Source of the DNA: Candidatus Poribacteria bacterium
Lineage (GTDB): Bacteria; Poribacteria; WGA-4E; PCPOR2b
Direction: 5' to 3'
Length of the DNA: 64,000 nt
NCBI GenBank assembly: GCA_965198175.1
Contig: OZ240245.1
Coordinates: 3,712,001 to 3,776,000 of the forward strand
Below are positions 50,511 through 62,019 of the stretch, piece by piece; positions within the stretch are counted from its first letter, which is position 1; each line of letters starts with the position of its first letter. The notes under the pieces were generated by a model. The model had not been told where the DNA came from, made no database searches, and was given only the letters and a program-made list of their open reading frames with translations. The position numbers were made by a program, and so were the translations under genes.

Positions 50511-51437
50511 ATGTTTGACCGGCTGAAGAATAGACTTAAGTTTCAGCTTGAGCAATTCCTATTGCGCGGTGCGCACTCACGATTGCTTTTCATTGCGTCA
50601 CTGGTTGGCTTAGTCGCTGTCGTTGGCGGTTTTCTAGTGCACAGGCTACGGACGCTTCCTTTAATGACAACAAAACGGCTTCTGGTGGGCATTTTTGCGT
50701 TTAACTGATCCGGGATACTTGGGAGATGACGAAGGGTTGGCACGACGCTTAATTGCTACGGCGTTAACAATCCTTGGTTACGTTCTCTTCATGGGGTCGT
50801 GAATCGCGATTATGACGCAGTGGCTCAATCAGAAGATTCACAAATTTGAACGCGGATTGACCAGCACCGCGCGAAGGTAAGCCATTACGAAGGTGATTAT
50901 ACCTCTCTGTCAGATTTGGAAGCTATCCATCCGGGCAGTTACGACAATGTAGTGATAATGGGGAGTGATTGGTTAGAGACACAGGAAGAGTCCGATGCAC
51001 GGACAATCGTGGGGCATCTGGTGCTGAAGAATATACTCCAAGGAATTACGGAAAAACCGGATATCTTGGTAGATTTAATGGATGTGGACAATGTCAGACT
51101 GTTTCAAAGCGAAAAGACAGAGACATTGGTTACTCCGATGATGTCAAGCCATGTATTGGCACAAGTTGCGTTGCGACGGGAACTCAACGTAGTGTATGCG
51201 GAACTGTTTGGGGCGGGCGGTGCAGAGGTTGTTTTTCGTCCAGTTTCAGAGTTTGGCGTAACAGATCGAGAGATAGCTTTTGGAACACTTCAGGAGGTTG
51301 TTTATGGCCGCGGCGAAATCGCACTGGGGGTACACCTAGCAAAAGGTGCGATCGAGTTAAATCCAGAGCATGACAAAACGTACCTATTTAAAGAACTGGA
51401 TAATCTGATTGTTTTAGTCCAGGAGGATAGAGCGTGA
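50511..51437 (+). pseudogene. DMI1/CASTOR-POLLUX-like ion channel remnant
   Basis: N-terminus MFDRLKNRLKFQLEQFLLRG; frameshift; pore WAFLRLTDPGYLGDD; in-frame TGA at 50800; large deletion; C-terminal RCK-like ESDARTIVG...LAQVALRREL..V..ELF. Confidence 0.75.
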
Positions 51438-52318
51438 TGAGCTGGGAGGAGATACGCGCAATTCTGGGGAAAGAGCTTGGCGCTATTGGACAGGTGAAAA
51501 TAACACCTGCTGTCCTGATGACGGTTCTGTTAATCATCGCGGGGTCGTTTTGGGGATCGCGGTTGCTGCAGCGCATGCTGCGGCGGAATGTATTCGGTCG
51601 GATGGGCATAAGGGAAGGCACACAAGCAACCATCTGCCGCGTATTGCACTATGCGATAATGTGTCTGGGCACCTACATTGCCTTGGATCAAGCGGGGATT
51701 AAACTGACGGGATTGGCTGCGGTGACCGCCGTGCTGATGGTGGGAATCAGCCTTGGGTTACAAAACATTGCCAGTAATTTCGTCAGCGGGCTCATCCTGT
51801 TGTTTGAGCGTCCGGTGCAGGTGGGCGATTTTGTGGAGGTCGGCGGTGTTCAGGGCAAGGTTCGTGTAATTAGGGGACGCAGCACAACCGTGGATACGTT
51901 GGACAATGTTTCGATTATTGTGCCCAATACAAACTTCATATCAGAAAACGTAACCAACTGGAGCTATCGAGATACAAAAGTCCGTATTCACGTATCTGTC
52001 CGCGTGTCTTACGAATCAGAGGTTGACTTGGTCGCCGAGACTTTGTTGCAGGTGGGACGGGCACATCCAGAAGTGTTACCCAACCCGGAACCGAAGATAC
52101 AGTTTTTGGAATTTGGCAATAGCTCGCTGAATTTCGATTTGCTTGTGTGGCTCAAGGATGCGTCGCGCCAGTATTTTGTGAGAAGCGATTTAAATTTTGC
52201 TATCGTAAAGGCGTTTCGCGAGCGAGAAATTACGATTCCGTTCCCGCAACGAGATTTGCACCTCCGAAGCGCCGTGCCGATGAATCTCGGCAAAGACGTG
52301 GACTTCGATGAATCATGA
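51434..52318 (+). CDS. mscS: Small-conductance mechanosensitive channel
   Basis: GLQNIASNFVSGLILLFERP..VGD, IIVPN, V.NWS, I.IPFPQRDL. Confidence 0.92.
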   Translation: MMSWEEIRAILGKELGAIGQVKITPAVLMTVLLIIAGSFWGSRLLQRMLRRNVFGRMGIREGTQATICRVLHYAIMCLGTYIALDQAGIKLTGLAAVTAVLMVGISLGLQNIASNFVSGLILLFERPVQVGDFVEVGGVQGKVRVIRGRSTTVDTLDNVSIIVPNTNFISENVTNWSYRDTKVRIHVSVRVSYESEVDLVAETLLQVGRAHPEVLPNPEPKIQFLEFGNSSLNFDLLVWLKDASRQYFVRSDLNFAIVKAFREREITIPFPQRDLHLRSAVPMNLGKDVDFDES

Positions 52319-53505
52319 GAATCACGATGACTGAAGTCGGTTTAAGCGTTTTGTTCAGAGAGCAGTTGGCACTTGTTGAAGGTCGGTCGGTTGGGTTAAT
52401 CACCAACCAAACCGGAATTGATGAACAGTTTCAGAGCAACCTGACGATGTTCGCAAAACACCCGGAAGTTCAGCTTCCGGCACTGTTCAGTCCAGAGCAC
52501 GGGATTCGAGGGAGCGTTCAAAATGCAATCCAGATTCCCTCTACGATTTACCCACCGTTTCAGATTCCAGTCCACAGCTTGTATGGAGAGACACGGCAGC
52601 CGACACCGGAGATGCTCGCAGGAACTGATGTCCTGATATACGACATCCAAGATGTCGGTTCGCGCTTTTACACGAATATTTCGACGCTGCTGCATGCGAT
52701 GAAAGCGGCTGCGTCCAACAATGTGGACTTCATCGTTCTCGATCGTCCGAACCCGATCCGCGGCGATCGCGTTGAGGGAAACCTGCTTCAACCGGCGTTT
52801 CAATCGTTTGTTGGGACGACCAAGCTCCCGATCCGCCACGGGATGACGGTCGGTGAACTCGCACGGCTTTTCAAGGAGGAGCTTGTACTAGATATCCCGT
52901 CAAGATTGCGGCAGGATTCAAGTCAACTTGACGTCGTCCCAATGCGCAATTGGCGACGGGCGATGTGGTACGATCAGACGGGGTTGCCGTGGGTGCCTCC
53001 CTCTCCGAACATGCCAACGGTCGAAACAGCGACACTGTATCCCGGCACCTGCCTGATTGAAGGCACAAATCTCTCAGAAGGACGCGGTACGACCAAACCG
53101 TTTGAGTGGATTGGCGCACCGTGGATTGATTCGGACAGATGGGCGGAAACACTCAACAATTTCGACCTGCCCGGTACGCATTTCCGTCCAATCCACTTCA
53201 CACCCACCTTTTCCAAATACGCCGAGCAATTGTGTCACGGCGTGCAGGTTCACATTACAGATCGAGACGAATTGAGACCTGTTGATGTTGCCCTCCATTT
53301 CATCGCAACGGCGCGGCGCAACTATCCGGATCAGTTTGAGTTTCTGCACAACGGAGGTCGCTACTTCTTCGATCTCTTGGCTGGAACTGATGAACTCCGG
53401 TTGAGGCTCATGGAGGGCGAATCTCCCACTGAAATTGTTCGCTCCTGGCAGACTGAAGTATCAGAGTTTAAGGAGCAACGCCGTCCGTATCTACTGTACA
53501 ATTGA
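52315..53505 (+). CDS. namZ: Exo-beta-N-acetylmuramidase (DUF1343)
   Basis: GLITNQTG, LFSPEHG.RG, DIQDVGSRFYT, LDRPNP, RHGMTVGELA, PSPNMP, SEGRGT..PFE. Confidence 0.9.
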   Translation: MRITMTEVGLSVLFREQLALVEGRSVGLITNQTGIDEQFQSNLTMFAKHPEVQLPALFSPEHGIRGSVQNAIQIPSTIYPPFQIPVHSLYGETRQPTPEMLAGTDVLIYDIQDVGSRFYTNISTLLHAMKAAASNNVDFIVLDRPNPIRGDRVEGNLLQPAFQSFVGTTKLPIRHGMTVGELARLFKEELVLDIPSRLRQDSSQLDVVPMRNWRRAMWYDQTGLPWVPPSPNMPTVETATLYPGTCLIEGTNLSEGRGTTKPFEWIGAPWIDSDRWAETLNNFDLPGTHFRPIHFTPTFSKYAEQLCHGVQVHITDRDELRPVDVALHFIATARRNYPDQFEFLHNGGRYFFDLLAGTDELRLRLMEGESPTEIVRSWQTEVSEFKEQRRPYLLYN

Positions 53506-53562
53506 GCGGAGCGTGCGAAATCGGATAAGGAATTTAGCGCAAACATACAGGATGCTACGACG

Positions 53563-54750
53563 GTGAAATCCTTCTATCAACTATGCCAGAAACAGACGAA
53601 AAACGTCATCGGTTTAATGTCCGGCACCTCCGCCGATGGAGTTGACGCCGCGCTTGTCCAAATTCGAGGACACGGTTTAGAGACACGGGTTGAGCTCCTC
53701 GCATTCAACGCGCTCCCCTTTTCGGCAGAAGTCCGACATCGCATCTTTAATCTCTTCCAGCCTGAAACAAGCCGCGTTGACGCAATCTGTCAGATGAACT
53801 TTCTTATTGGGGAGGTTTTTGCTGATGCAGCTTTCACAGTAATACGGGACGCCGCATTGGATAACAACGAAATAGATTTGATCGGCTCACACGGTCAGAC
53901 GGTCTATCACCTACCACCCCAGAAAAACGCGCAATATGTTCCATCGACATTGCAGCTCGGGGAACCGGCTGTGATTGCGCATCGCACAGGAATTCCAACG
54001 ATCGCGGATTTCAGAGTCGCCGACCTCGCCGCGGGCGGACAAGGAGCGCCGCTTGTGCCTTACGTCGACTTTCTGCTCTTTCGGCGAAGTGATCGGTCGA
54101 TTGCGTTACAAAATATCGGCGGTATCTCCAACGTGACGCTCATCCCTGCGGGCGCCGGTGCATCGGATGTTCTCGCCGCTGATACCGGACCGGGGAATAT
54201 GATTATTGATGCGGTCATGGAGATAACGACACACAGTGAAGTGACGTATGATCGCGGAGGTCAGCTCGCGGCGCGCGGACAGCCGTGTGAGCTATTGATA
54301 GCGGAATGGTTGAAACACCCATTCATCTGCGCAACCCCACCCAAAACGACCGGGCGGGAGGCATTCGGCAGGGAGTTTGCCCGCCACGTAATCGAGCAGG
54401 CGGGCGCGAGGAAACTGTCAGATTCGGATACGGTTGCGACAGTGACGGAATTTACCGCGCGAACAATTTTTGAATACTACAATCGTTTTCTATTTCCGCA
54501 CCATCCTGTCGATGAAATCGCCGTCAGCGGTGGAGGCGTGCATAATCTGACACTAATGCAGCGGTTGAAAACCCTGTTCCATCCGATTCCCGTTCAAGCA
54601 ATTGATACCTACGGAATACCGAGCGATGCAAAGGAGGCAATTGCTTTCGCGGTACTTGCCAACGAAGCAGTACATGGAAATCCAGGAAACATGCCGCAGT
54701 CCACAGGGGCATCTCAGCCGAAGATTCTTGGGAAGTTTGTGCCCCCTTGA
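53563..54750 (+). CDS. anmK: Anhydro-N-acetylmuramic acid kinase
   Basis: IGLMSGTSADGVD, GSHGQT, DFR..D.AAGGQGAPLVP, NIGGISN, DTGPGN, KEA.AFA. Confidence 0.95.
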   Translation: MKSFYQLCQKQTKNVIGLMSGTSADGVDAALVQIRGHGLETRVELLAFNALPFSAEVRHRIFNLFQPETSRVDAICQMNFLIGEVFADAAFTVIRDAALDNNEIDLIGSHGQTVYHLPPQKNAQYVPSTLQLGEPAVIAHRTGIPTIADFRVADLAAGGQGAPLVPYVDFLLFRRSDRSIALQNIGGISNVTLIPAGAGASDVLAADTGPGNMIIDAVMEITTHSEVTYDRGGQLAARGQPCELLIAEWLKHPFICATPPKTTGREAFGREFARHVIEQAGARKLSDSDTVATVTEFTARTIFEYYNRFLFPHHPVDEIAVSGGGVHNLTLMQRLKTLFHPIPVQAIDTYGIPSDAKEAIAFAVLANEAVHGNPGNMPQSTGASQPKILGKFVPP

Positions 54751-55025
54751 GAACGAAACGACGGAAAGTGCAAACGAAGGCGTGAAAAATTCAGAAACCG
54801 GCAGCGCTGCAGGTTGGGTTGTACGGTTAAAAGCGAATCCTTCAAAATGAGCATTCTCAACTTATTTCCGCTGCGGCTTTAGAGACTCTGACGCCTGGAA
54901 CACTTTTCCTGTCTAGCTTTCAGCCGCATCGCACAGTTTTTTTGATTTGCGAAATCACCGCATAATAAGCGAAATCAAGATTCCAAATATCATCTCATCC
55001 AAGCCACAACCAGCACGATAAATAA

Positions 55026-55054
55026 TTGACGCGATTCGCGGAGTCTGCTACAAT
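55026..55054 (+). promoter_or_regulatory. Sigma70-type promoter at the start of the defence-like island
   Basis: TTGACG-N17-TACAAT with a TGn extension. Confidence 0.6.
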
Positions 55055-55137
55055 TCTGTCGTCGTAGCGCGCGACAAATGGGCGGTCTGTGCTATGTCTG
55101 AGGGAAACTCGGATTCGCATCGCATGCGGAGTAATCT

Positions 55138-55531
55138 ATGAAGCCAGGCATGTTTTTGGATGAAGCGATATTGAGGAACTTGGAAGAGCAACAACTCACA
55201 TACCGACCAGAGTTAGTCTGACAAGCAGATGCAACTGGAAATCGCCGCGTTTCTGCCGGGCGCCGCCATAGAAGACGGGCTGAGACGGCTGTGTGATGCC
55301 AGTGGCGTCGGCTACGATCGGATGCGAACTACTATATCGAATATGCAAGCGGCACTCTGCCAGCCGTAAAAGCAGATCGAGGTGATTTCGGAATCTGAAA
55401 GCAAGCAGATCACTGCGTAGGGAGAGACGCGAAACAACGCTGATCATGGCAGATTTAGCGAAATTACTTACGCAGAGGTTTTAGCGATGGTGATCGGTGT
55501 GCGAGCATTTATAGATGAACACCTTCCGTAG
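55138..55531 (+). pseudogene. HEPN-domain (DUF4145-like) gene remnant
   Basis: The frame from 55235 reads AAFLPGAAIEDGLRRLC...QP*KQ...KQITA*GETRNNADHGRF...VRAFIDEHLP*, with an RxxxxH motif and stops at 55367 and 55418; the 5' end is in another frame. Confidence 0.7.
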
Positions 55532-58483
55532 AAGCCCATTCAACCAACGGAAACATCACAATGATAACAAAAAACAACTTTAAAGAATTGCTCAAAACGC
55601 TCGGTTTTACGGCGGAAGGGAGCATCTTCCAAAAAACAATTGGTGAGGCGACCTTAAAGGTTGACTTTGATAATAAAATAATTTATCCCGAAGATCGACG
55701 GCTAACAGTCAATCGCGATGATATATGCAATCTCTTGCAGAATGAGAATTTTGTTGTATTTGAGTGTGTGCATCGGCTACTCGAAAAAGGCTACAAAGCT
55801 GAACATTTAGAACTTGAACCCAAGTGGAAAATTGGACACGGTGCCAGCGGAGGACGCGCCGATATATTGGTTAGAGACCACGAAAATAATCCTTTGCTGC
55901 TTATTGAATGTAAGACGGCAGGAGAGGAATTTGAAAGGGCATGGTGGAAAACACTACAAAATGGTGACCAATTATTCAGTTATGCACAACAGATCCACCA
56001 AACACAATATCTCTGTCTTTACGCTTCTGACTTTGTGGACGATAAAATCCGGACTGACCAGAGAATTATTGCCCATCGTGACAATGAGAAGATTTTAGCG
56101 CAAAATGATAAACTACGACCTTTTGCTGAAGCAACCGACGTTGAAGACCGCTACGCTGTTTGGCGTGATACCTACGAACGGGAATACACAGAAGGCGGTA
56201 TCTTTGAACCTAACATTCAACCCTACCAAATAGGTAAAAATAAATACACCCTTGAAGACGATACCGATCCAATTGAGGCAGCCGATGCTAAAAAAGATGG
56301 TAAATACCATAAATTCCGAACAATTCTAAGACAACACAACATCGCACGGCGCGAACAAGCCTTTGAGGTCCTGGTCAATCTGTTTCTATGCAAACTGGTT
56401 GACGAAGAGGACAACAAAACCGATCTGAAATTTTCTTGGAAGGGTATCGCTTACGACAATTACTTTGATTTTGTCGATAGACTGCAAAACCTCTATAAAA
56501 CAGGGATGAATAAATTTCTGGGCAAAGAAATTAGCTACATCAGCAACGAACAAATTGACAGCGCTTTTTGGGCTGTCAGAAATGACACCAACGCCACCAA
56601 GAAACAGATACAGAAATATTTTAGGGAACTTAAGTTTTACACCAATTCTGCTTTCTCCTTGATGGATACCCACAACGAAGAATTGTTCAAAAGAAACGCT
56701 AAAATCCTGTTAGAAATTGTGCAGATGTGGCAAGGGATAGGACTCAAAACAGATGAACAAAACCAATTTTTGGGTGAGATGTTTGAACTATTTCTTGACG
56801 ATGGAGTCAAGCAGTCCGAAGGGCAGTTTTTCACACCGCTGCCAATTTGTAAATTTATCGTCGGTTCTTTGCCACTTGAGCAAAAAATTATAGAGAACAC
56901 CGAACCGCTTAAAGCGATTGATTTCGCCTGCGGTTCAGGGCATTTCCTAAATGAATATGCCCATCAAATAATGCCGTTAGTTGAAGAACAGAAAAGAGAA
57001 CTCTATTACAGTCACATTATCGGCATAGAAAAAGAGGATCGCTTGGCAAAAGTCGCCAAGGTTGCTGCTTTTATGCACGGTCAAGGGCAGATTAAGGTAT
57101 TGGATACCGATGCCCTTATTTATCACCTTGATGCAGTTTCACTCGGAAGTTATGATATCTTGGTGGCGAATCCACCCTTTGCAGTGAAAGAATTTTTACA
57201 TACTTTGAGCAAGGACGATAAAAAAGAGTATCAACTTATCCAAGCCACAGGTGAAGATAGCGAGACCAACACAATTCAATGCTTCTTTTTAGAACGGATT
57301 TACCACCTAATGGCACCCGATGGAGTAGTGGGTGTTATTGTTCCATCCAGTATTCTGTCTAATGCTAATGCAGTTTACACCTGTACACGTGAACTCCTAT
57401 TACAATTTTTTGATCTGGTGAGTATTACCGAGTTGAGTCAGGGTGCCTTTGGCAAGACAAGCACGAATACGGTCGTGCTTTTCCTAAAACGGAAAGAACC
57501 AAGACCCGAACCCGCCGAACAGTACTACAATCGAGTGAAAAACTTTTTTGAAGGTGATAAGGAAACAATACAATATCAAGACCATGACCTGATTCAAGCA
57601 TATTGCAAGCATATTGAAATTCCTTATGAAGAATACATCAAACTCTTTGGTCAAACCAGCCTTGAACCACGTGCCGAACTATTGGAATACGATATTTTCA
57701 AGCAATACGAACAAGACTTCAAGCCAGATAAAGAGTTAGAACAAATAGAAAAATCTAAGGAATTCAGAAATAAAACAGATGCAGAACAATCGGCAGAATT
57801 AGGGAAACGTTTTATTGCGTATCTACACGCTATAGAAAAGGACAAACTCTATCACTTTATTTTGGCACACACGCAGGCTGGCAAAGTGCTGATTGTCAAT
57901 GCGCCGAGCGATAAAAAAGAACAAAAGCAATTTTTAGGTTACGAGTGGAGCAAAGCGAAAGGCAGGGAGGGCATTAAATACACCGGTGGCGACACGGTCA
58001 ACGATATTATCACGCCCCTGTTTGACCCAAATGACTTAGACAACGACACGAAAATAAACACGGCAATAAAACGCAATTTCATCGGAGAAACCACCGGCCC
58101 ACTACCCGATCACTGCCACTATGCCAATCTCACCGATATGTTGGATTTTAGCCGCATAAATTTTACTAAAACCATCAGTCTTAACCCAAAGCAGAATATT
58201 GATATTGAAACTAAGTGGGATAAGGCGAAGTTAGGAGAAGTTGCAGAGGTTAAAAATGGCGGAACTCCTGACACTGAAAACCATGATTATTGGAGTTACG
58301 GGGATGTATGTTGGGCTACCTTAATAGATACCAAACATAAATATCTCTATGACACAGAAAGAAAAATTACACAAGAAGGATTGAATAACAGTAGTGCCGT
58401 TTTATTACCAATCAACACTGTGATTTTTTCAAGTCGAGCTACGATTGGTGATGTCTGTATTGCAAAAGTAACAACAGCTACTA

Positions 58484-59301
58484 GGTTCTGTTGACATTTG
58501 GTTATAAGGTTGGCATAATAGAAGAATGATGCCCATAACTTTACCTGACGACCAATGGAGAAAGATATACCCGTTTCTTCTAAGCTGTTCCAACATCTAT
58601 GTCCGCAACGAAACTGCTACTCGACGATTCGTCGAAGCCCTTCTGTGGGTGACTCGTAGCGGTGCTCAATGGCGACTCTTGCCAACTGCCTATGGAAATT
58701 GGAACTCCATTTACAAGCGGTTTAGTAACTGGTGTGACAAAGGAATCTTCTCACAGATGCACTGCTACTTTACCGCCGACCCAGATATGGAGTGGCTTAT
58801 TATTGATACTACCATTTGCCGGGCTCACCCATGCGCGGCTGGAGCCTCAAAAAAAACGGAGGTGCTGAAAACCAAGCGCTAGGACGCTCTCGGGGCGGCT
58901 TTAGCACAAAAATTCATATCACAGTTGACGCACTAGGTAATCCGCTTAGACTCCAGCTAACTCCCGGTCAGAGACACGACATAGCTGAAGCCGAAGCGTT
59001 GATAGTTGGCTATAACAGCGAGCATGCAATTGGAGACAAGGGATACGATTCGGACAGTTTTATCGACGTTATTGAAGCGAATGGAGCGACGGCGGTGATA
59101 CCGCCTCGACGTAATCGTGGCGCTCAAAGAACATATGACAAACATTTATACAAAGAGAGACACCTGGTTGAATGTTTTATCAACAAGATAAAATGGTATC
59201 GTCGTATCTTCTCTCGTTTCGAGAAGCTGGCTGTCCGCTATTTCGGATTTCTAAGTTTTGTCTCCACGCTTATCTGGCTCCGTTGAAATGTCAACAGAAC
59301 C
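58484..59301 (+). mobile_element. IS5-family (IS427-like) insertion sequence, 818 bp
   Basis: Perfect 16-bp TIRs GGTTCTGTTGACATTT (58484-58499) / AAATGTCAACAGAACC (59286-59301); TA duplication at 58482-83 and 59302-03. Confidence 0.95.
58526..59286 (+). CDS. IS5-family transposase expressed by -1 frameshift
   Basis: orfA (G.QWR.LP..YG.W.SIY.RF..W, IDTT..RAH) and orfB (GRSRGGFSTKIH, GDKGYDS, YKERHLVECF); A8 slippery run at 58849-58856. Confidence 0.92.
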
Positions 59302-60158
59302 TAATCAAGGTTATAAAAATTTTATATGCAATCCTGATGTGCTTCATTACGAATATTTATACTATGTTCTAAAAATTTATGCCAAAGAAATTGCCACGTT
59401 ATCAGTAGGGATGACTTATAAAGAAATAAATGCTACAAAGATAAAGAATTTCAAAATTCCTCTCCCACCACTCGAAAAACAGTATCAGATTGCCAATGAA
59501 TGTGAGGCAGTAGATCAGGAAACCGACGAAGCCCGCCAAACTATCACCGCATCCAAACAGAAAATTGAAGAATTAGTTAATTCTGTTGAAAAGACCTCAA
59601 GGTTAAACCAAGTAGTTGATAAAATTTCCGATGTTGTTAACCCACAAGAAGAAAACGGCATCGTTTGTTATATTGGCTTGGAACATATTGAAAGTCAAAC
59701 TGGTGTATTGTTAGGAAACATCCAATATGATTATTCTACGATAAAAAGCAATAAAAATGTCTTTCGTAGAGGTGACATTTTATATGGCAAGCTCAGACCG
59801 AACTTGAATAAAGTATATTTAGCGAACATATATGGAATCTGTTCGACTGACATATTGGTGCTTAGACCTTATGACCCCAATTTAGCTACTTTCTACACAC
59901 ACTATTTTCTGTCTGATGTATTTAATTCTGAGGTGGTCAAAACAGTCAGCGGTCAACAACTACCTAGAACGTCATGGGAGAAAATAAATAGAATCCTTGT
60001 TCCTCCGCTTGACATTCCACAGCAGTTTGTGGCAGAAGTCGAACAATTAGACGCAAAAATCCCTCAAGCCCAAGCCGTAATTGATAACGCCACCGAGCAC
60101 AGAAATGCGATTCTCAGAAAATATCTATAAGTGAAAGACCGGAAAAGGAGCGAGAGAA

Positions 60159-61409
60159 ATGGGACCAATTACGCTATTCGATAAATCATTCCTCCAGTCG
60201 CTTTCAGTTGATGAATCTATGTGGTTTGATAACTTTTTCTATCCCGCTATATGCCCAATCTTCTACGTTGAGACACTAGCGGATTTGAAAAAGCCGAAGC
60301 TACGCAGATCTCCTGAGCAAGAAGTTGGAATAATCGCAGACAAGTTTCCGGAAATGCACTGTGCACCAATACCGCATCATGCGAGATTGGCAATTTACGA
60401 TATGCTAGGGCGTCATGTTCCACTCACTGGCCAAATTCCAAGATTCGTCAGTCGGCAAGTGAAATCAGAAAAACACAAGGGAGTTGTTTACGAGCAATCG
60501 CCCGAAGAGGAAGCTTTTCTTCGCTGGCAGTCAAGGGAGTTTGACGCCATTGAGCACGAAATTGCGAGTGACTGGCGAGAAAATCTTGAATCTCACGATT
60601 TGGAGGAGATTGCGGATGGATTTCGCAGTCTCGGAATATCAGAATTTAACTGCAAATCGTTACACGAAGCCAAGTCAATTGCTGACAATCTCGTGAACAA
60701 AAACGACAAGACTCTCGAGATGCTGGAAATTGCGTTCCTTGTTCTTGATATTCCGGAAGAAGGGCGCAACTCAATAATGGAACACTGGTCAAATTCCAAT
60801 CGCCTGCCTCTGTCAATCTTTGCTCCATATGCGGCACATGTTTTGACCGTAGATGCTCTTTTTCACATTGCTCTTGCATCATGTCTTATTTCGCCGGATC
60901 GCCCCTCAAATCGTGTGGATATGGCTTATCTATACTATCTTCCCTTCAGTAAGGTGTTCGTCTCATCGGACAGACTTCATCGTCAATGTGCCCCACTCTT
61001 GGTAAGAGAGGACCAGAGTTTCATTTGGGGACAAGATTTAAAGAAAGCCCTATCGTTCCTAGATAAACACTACTCCGCCTTGCCGGAAAGCGTGAAAGAG
61101 AAAGGAGTCATGCAGATTGCGCCGTACCCGCCGGTCGAAATTGAGACAATCGTATCGGAAGCGTGGGATAAACATTTACCTGGATGGCGAGAATACGCAC
61201 AAGAGCCACCAGTTCAACCAGATTCGAATCCCGAACTCGTTAAGGAATTGAAGAACCTAAATGAAGCTCCGCCTTTACAGCAAGATGCTGTTGATTTCAA
61301 ACCAGAAGATGCCGATGTAATTTCTGTAAGGCGAACGGTGCATAAGAGAAAGGGAAACTGGTGGCAATTACCCCGCGATTTGGATGCTAAGGGCGGTAAG
61401 GGAGGCTGA
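60159..61409 (+). CDS. Hypothetical protein (416 aa)
   Basis: Long ORF with AAGGAG RBS. FDKSFLQS at the N-terminus and NRVD..YLYYLP...FVSSD..H suggest a PIN-like acidic site (weak). Confidence 0.8.
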   Translation: MGPITLFDKSFLQSLSVDESMWFDNFFYPAICPIFYVETLADLKKPKLRRSPEQEVGIIADKFPEMHCAPIPHHARLAIYDMLGRHVPLTGQIPRFVSRQVKSEKHKGVVYEQSPEEEAFLRWQSREFDAIEHEIASDWRENLESHDLEEIADGFRSLGISEFNCKSLHEAKSIADNLVNKNDKTLEMLEIAFLVLDIPEEGRNSIMEHWSNSNRLPLSIFAPYAAHVLTVDALFHIALASCLISPDRPSNRVDMAYLYYLPFSKVFVSSDRLHRQCAPLLVREDQSFIWGQDLKKALSFLDKHYSALPESVKEKGVMQIAPYPPVEIETIVSEAWDKHLPGWREYAQEPPVQPDSNPELVKELKNLNEAPPLQQDAVDFKPEDADVISVRRTVHKRKGNWWQLPRDLDAKGGKGG

Positions 61410-61446
61410 TAAACGGCTACACTACAGGTGAGTCAAGCAGACTAGC
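61404..61446 (+). repeat. Degenerate attC-like site 1
   Basis: GGCTGATAAACGGCTACAC...CAGGTGAGTCAAGCAGACTAGC overlaps the stop codon and resembles the (C)TAACAAGCGGCTGCAC...CAGGTGAGCCGC..GTTAG style. Confidence 0.3.
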
Positions 61447-61497
61447 GAGGTTACGGGATAGTTTACTTAGATCATTAGCTACTATAAGAAATCATCA

Positions 61498-61830
61498 TTG
61501 AAAAAAGAGGAAATTTTTGAAGAATGCCAGTTGATGCTATCCCCGAGATTAAGAAAATCCAAGAGTGTTACAGACGATATGCTTTTGGGGCAAATAGAGG
61601 AACTCGATAAATCCTTAATCGGAATGACTTTCTCAGATAAAAATTGTCCCCCTAAGGCATTTTTTGTGGGGGCAGCCATAGAAAATATCATGGCTAGAGA
61701 AATCTACGATCGACTGTATAATCACACTCTGTCAAATGGGGCGCATTCAACGAATGAAAATCAAGTTGTTTCGCTGTGTGATTGGGTTAATCAAAATCTG
61801 AGGCAAAAGGCTGATAACAAAGCCATGTAA
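61498..61830 (+). CDS. Hypothetical protein (110 aa, possibly degraded)
   Basis: ORF only; it ends inside an attC-like sequence (ADNKAM*). Confidence 0.45.
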   Translation: MKKEEIFEECQLMLSPRLRKSKSVTDDMLLGQIEELDKSLIGMTFSDKNCPPKAFFVGAAIENIMAREIYDRLYNHTLSNGAHSTNENQVVSLCDWVNQNLRQKADNKAM

Positions 61831-61992
61831 TTGGGTGATGCAGCAAGTAATTGAAGAAGGCTTAGTTCTGGGTTGAGATTTGCGTGGCAACCATGAGGTA
61901 AACCTATTCATAACATCGCTTTAAGATTGCGACTAGTTTTGGTTTGTCATGAGTCACTGGCATACGACTCCCCAACTGAACTGAGTGTTGTT
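61812..61992 (+). repeat. Degenerate attC-like sites 2 and 3
   Basis: TAACAAAGCCATGTAA...GGCTTAGTTCTGGGTT (61815-61874) and CATAACATCGCTTTAAG...AACTGAACTGAGTGTTG (61909-61990). Confidence 0.35.
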
Positions 61993-62019
61993 AATTGGAG
62001 TTATTTCAAAGGTTAATCA

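Larger units (their letters stand above)
55561..60130 (+). pseudogene. Fused restriction-modification enzyme (HsdR_N nuclease + N6-MTase + two TRDs; type IIG/IIB-like), IS-interrupted
   Basis: GRADILV...LIECK, DFACGSGHFL, ANPPF, HsdS-like GGTP..../SSRATIG/TNQG and DILYGKLRPNLNK. Removing the IS plus TA restores a 1249-aa ORF (TATNQGYKNF). Confidence 0.9.

Noticed and set aside
50800..50802. In-frame TGA as selenocysteine
   Set aside because: It falls in a hydrophobic TM context (FMGS*IAIM), not a Cys motif, in a gene that also has a frameshift and a large deletion.
52885..52925. Short insertion in NamZ (IPSRLRQDSS) as an in-frame REP remnant
   Set aside because: Only a vague palindrome; it cannot be distinguished from an ordinary loop insertion without alignment.
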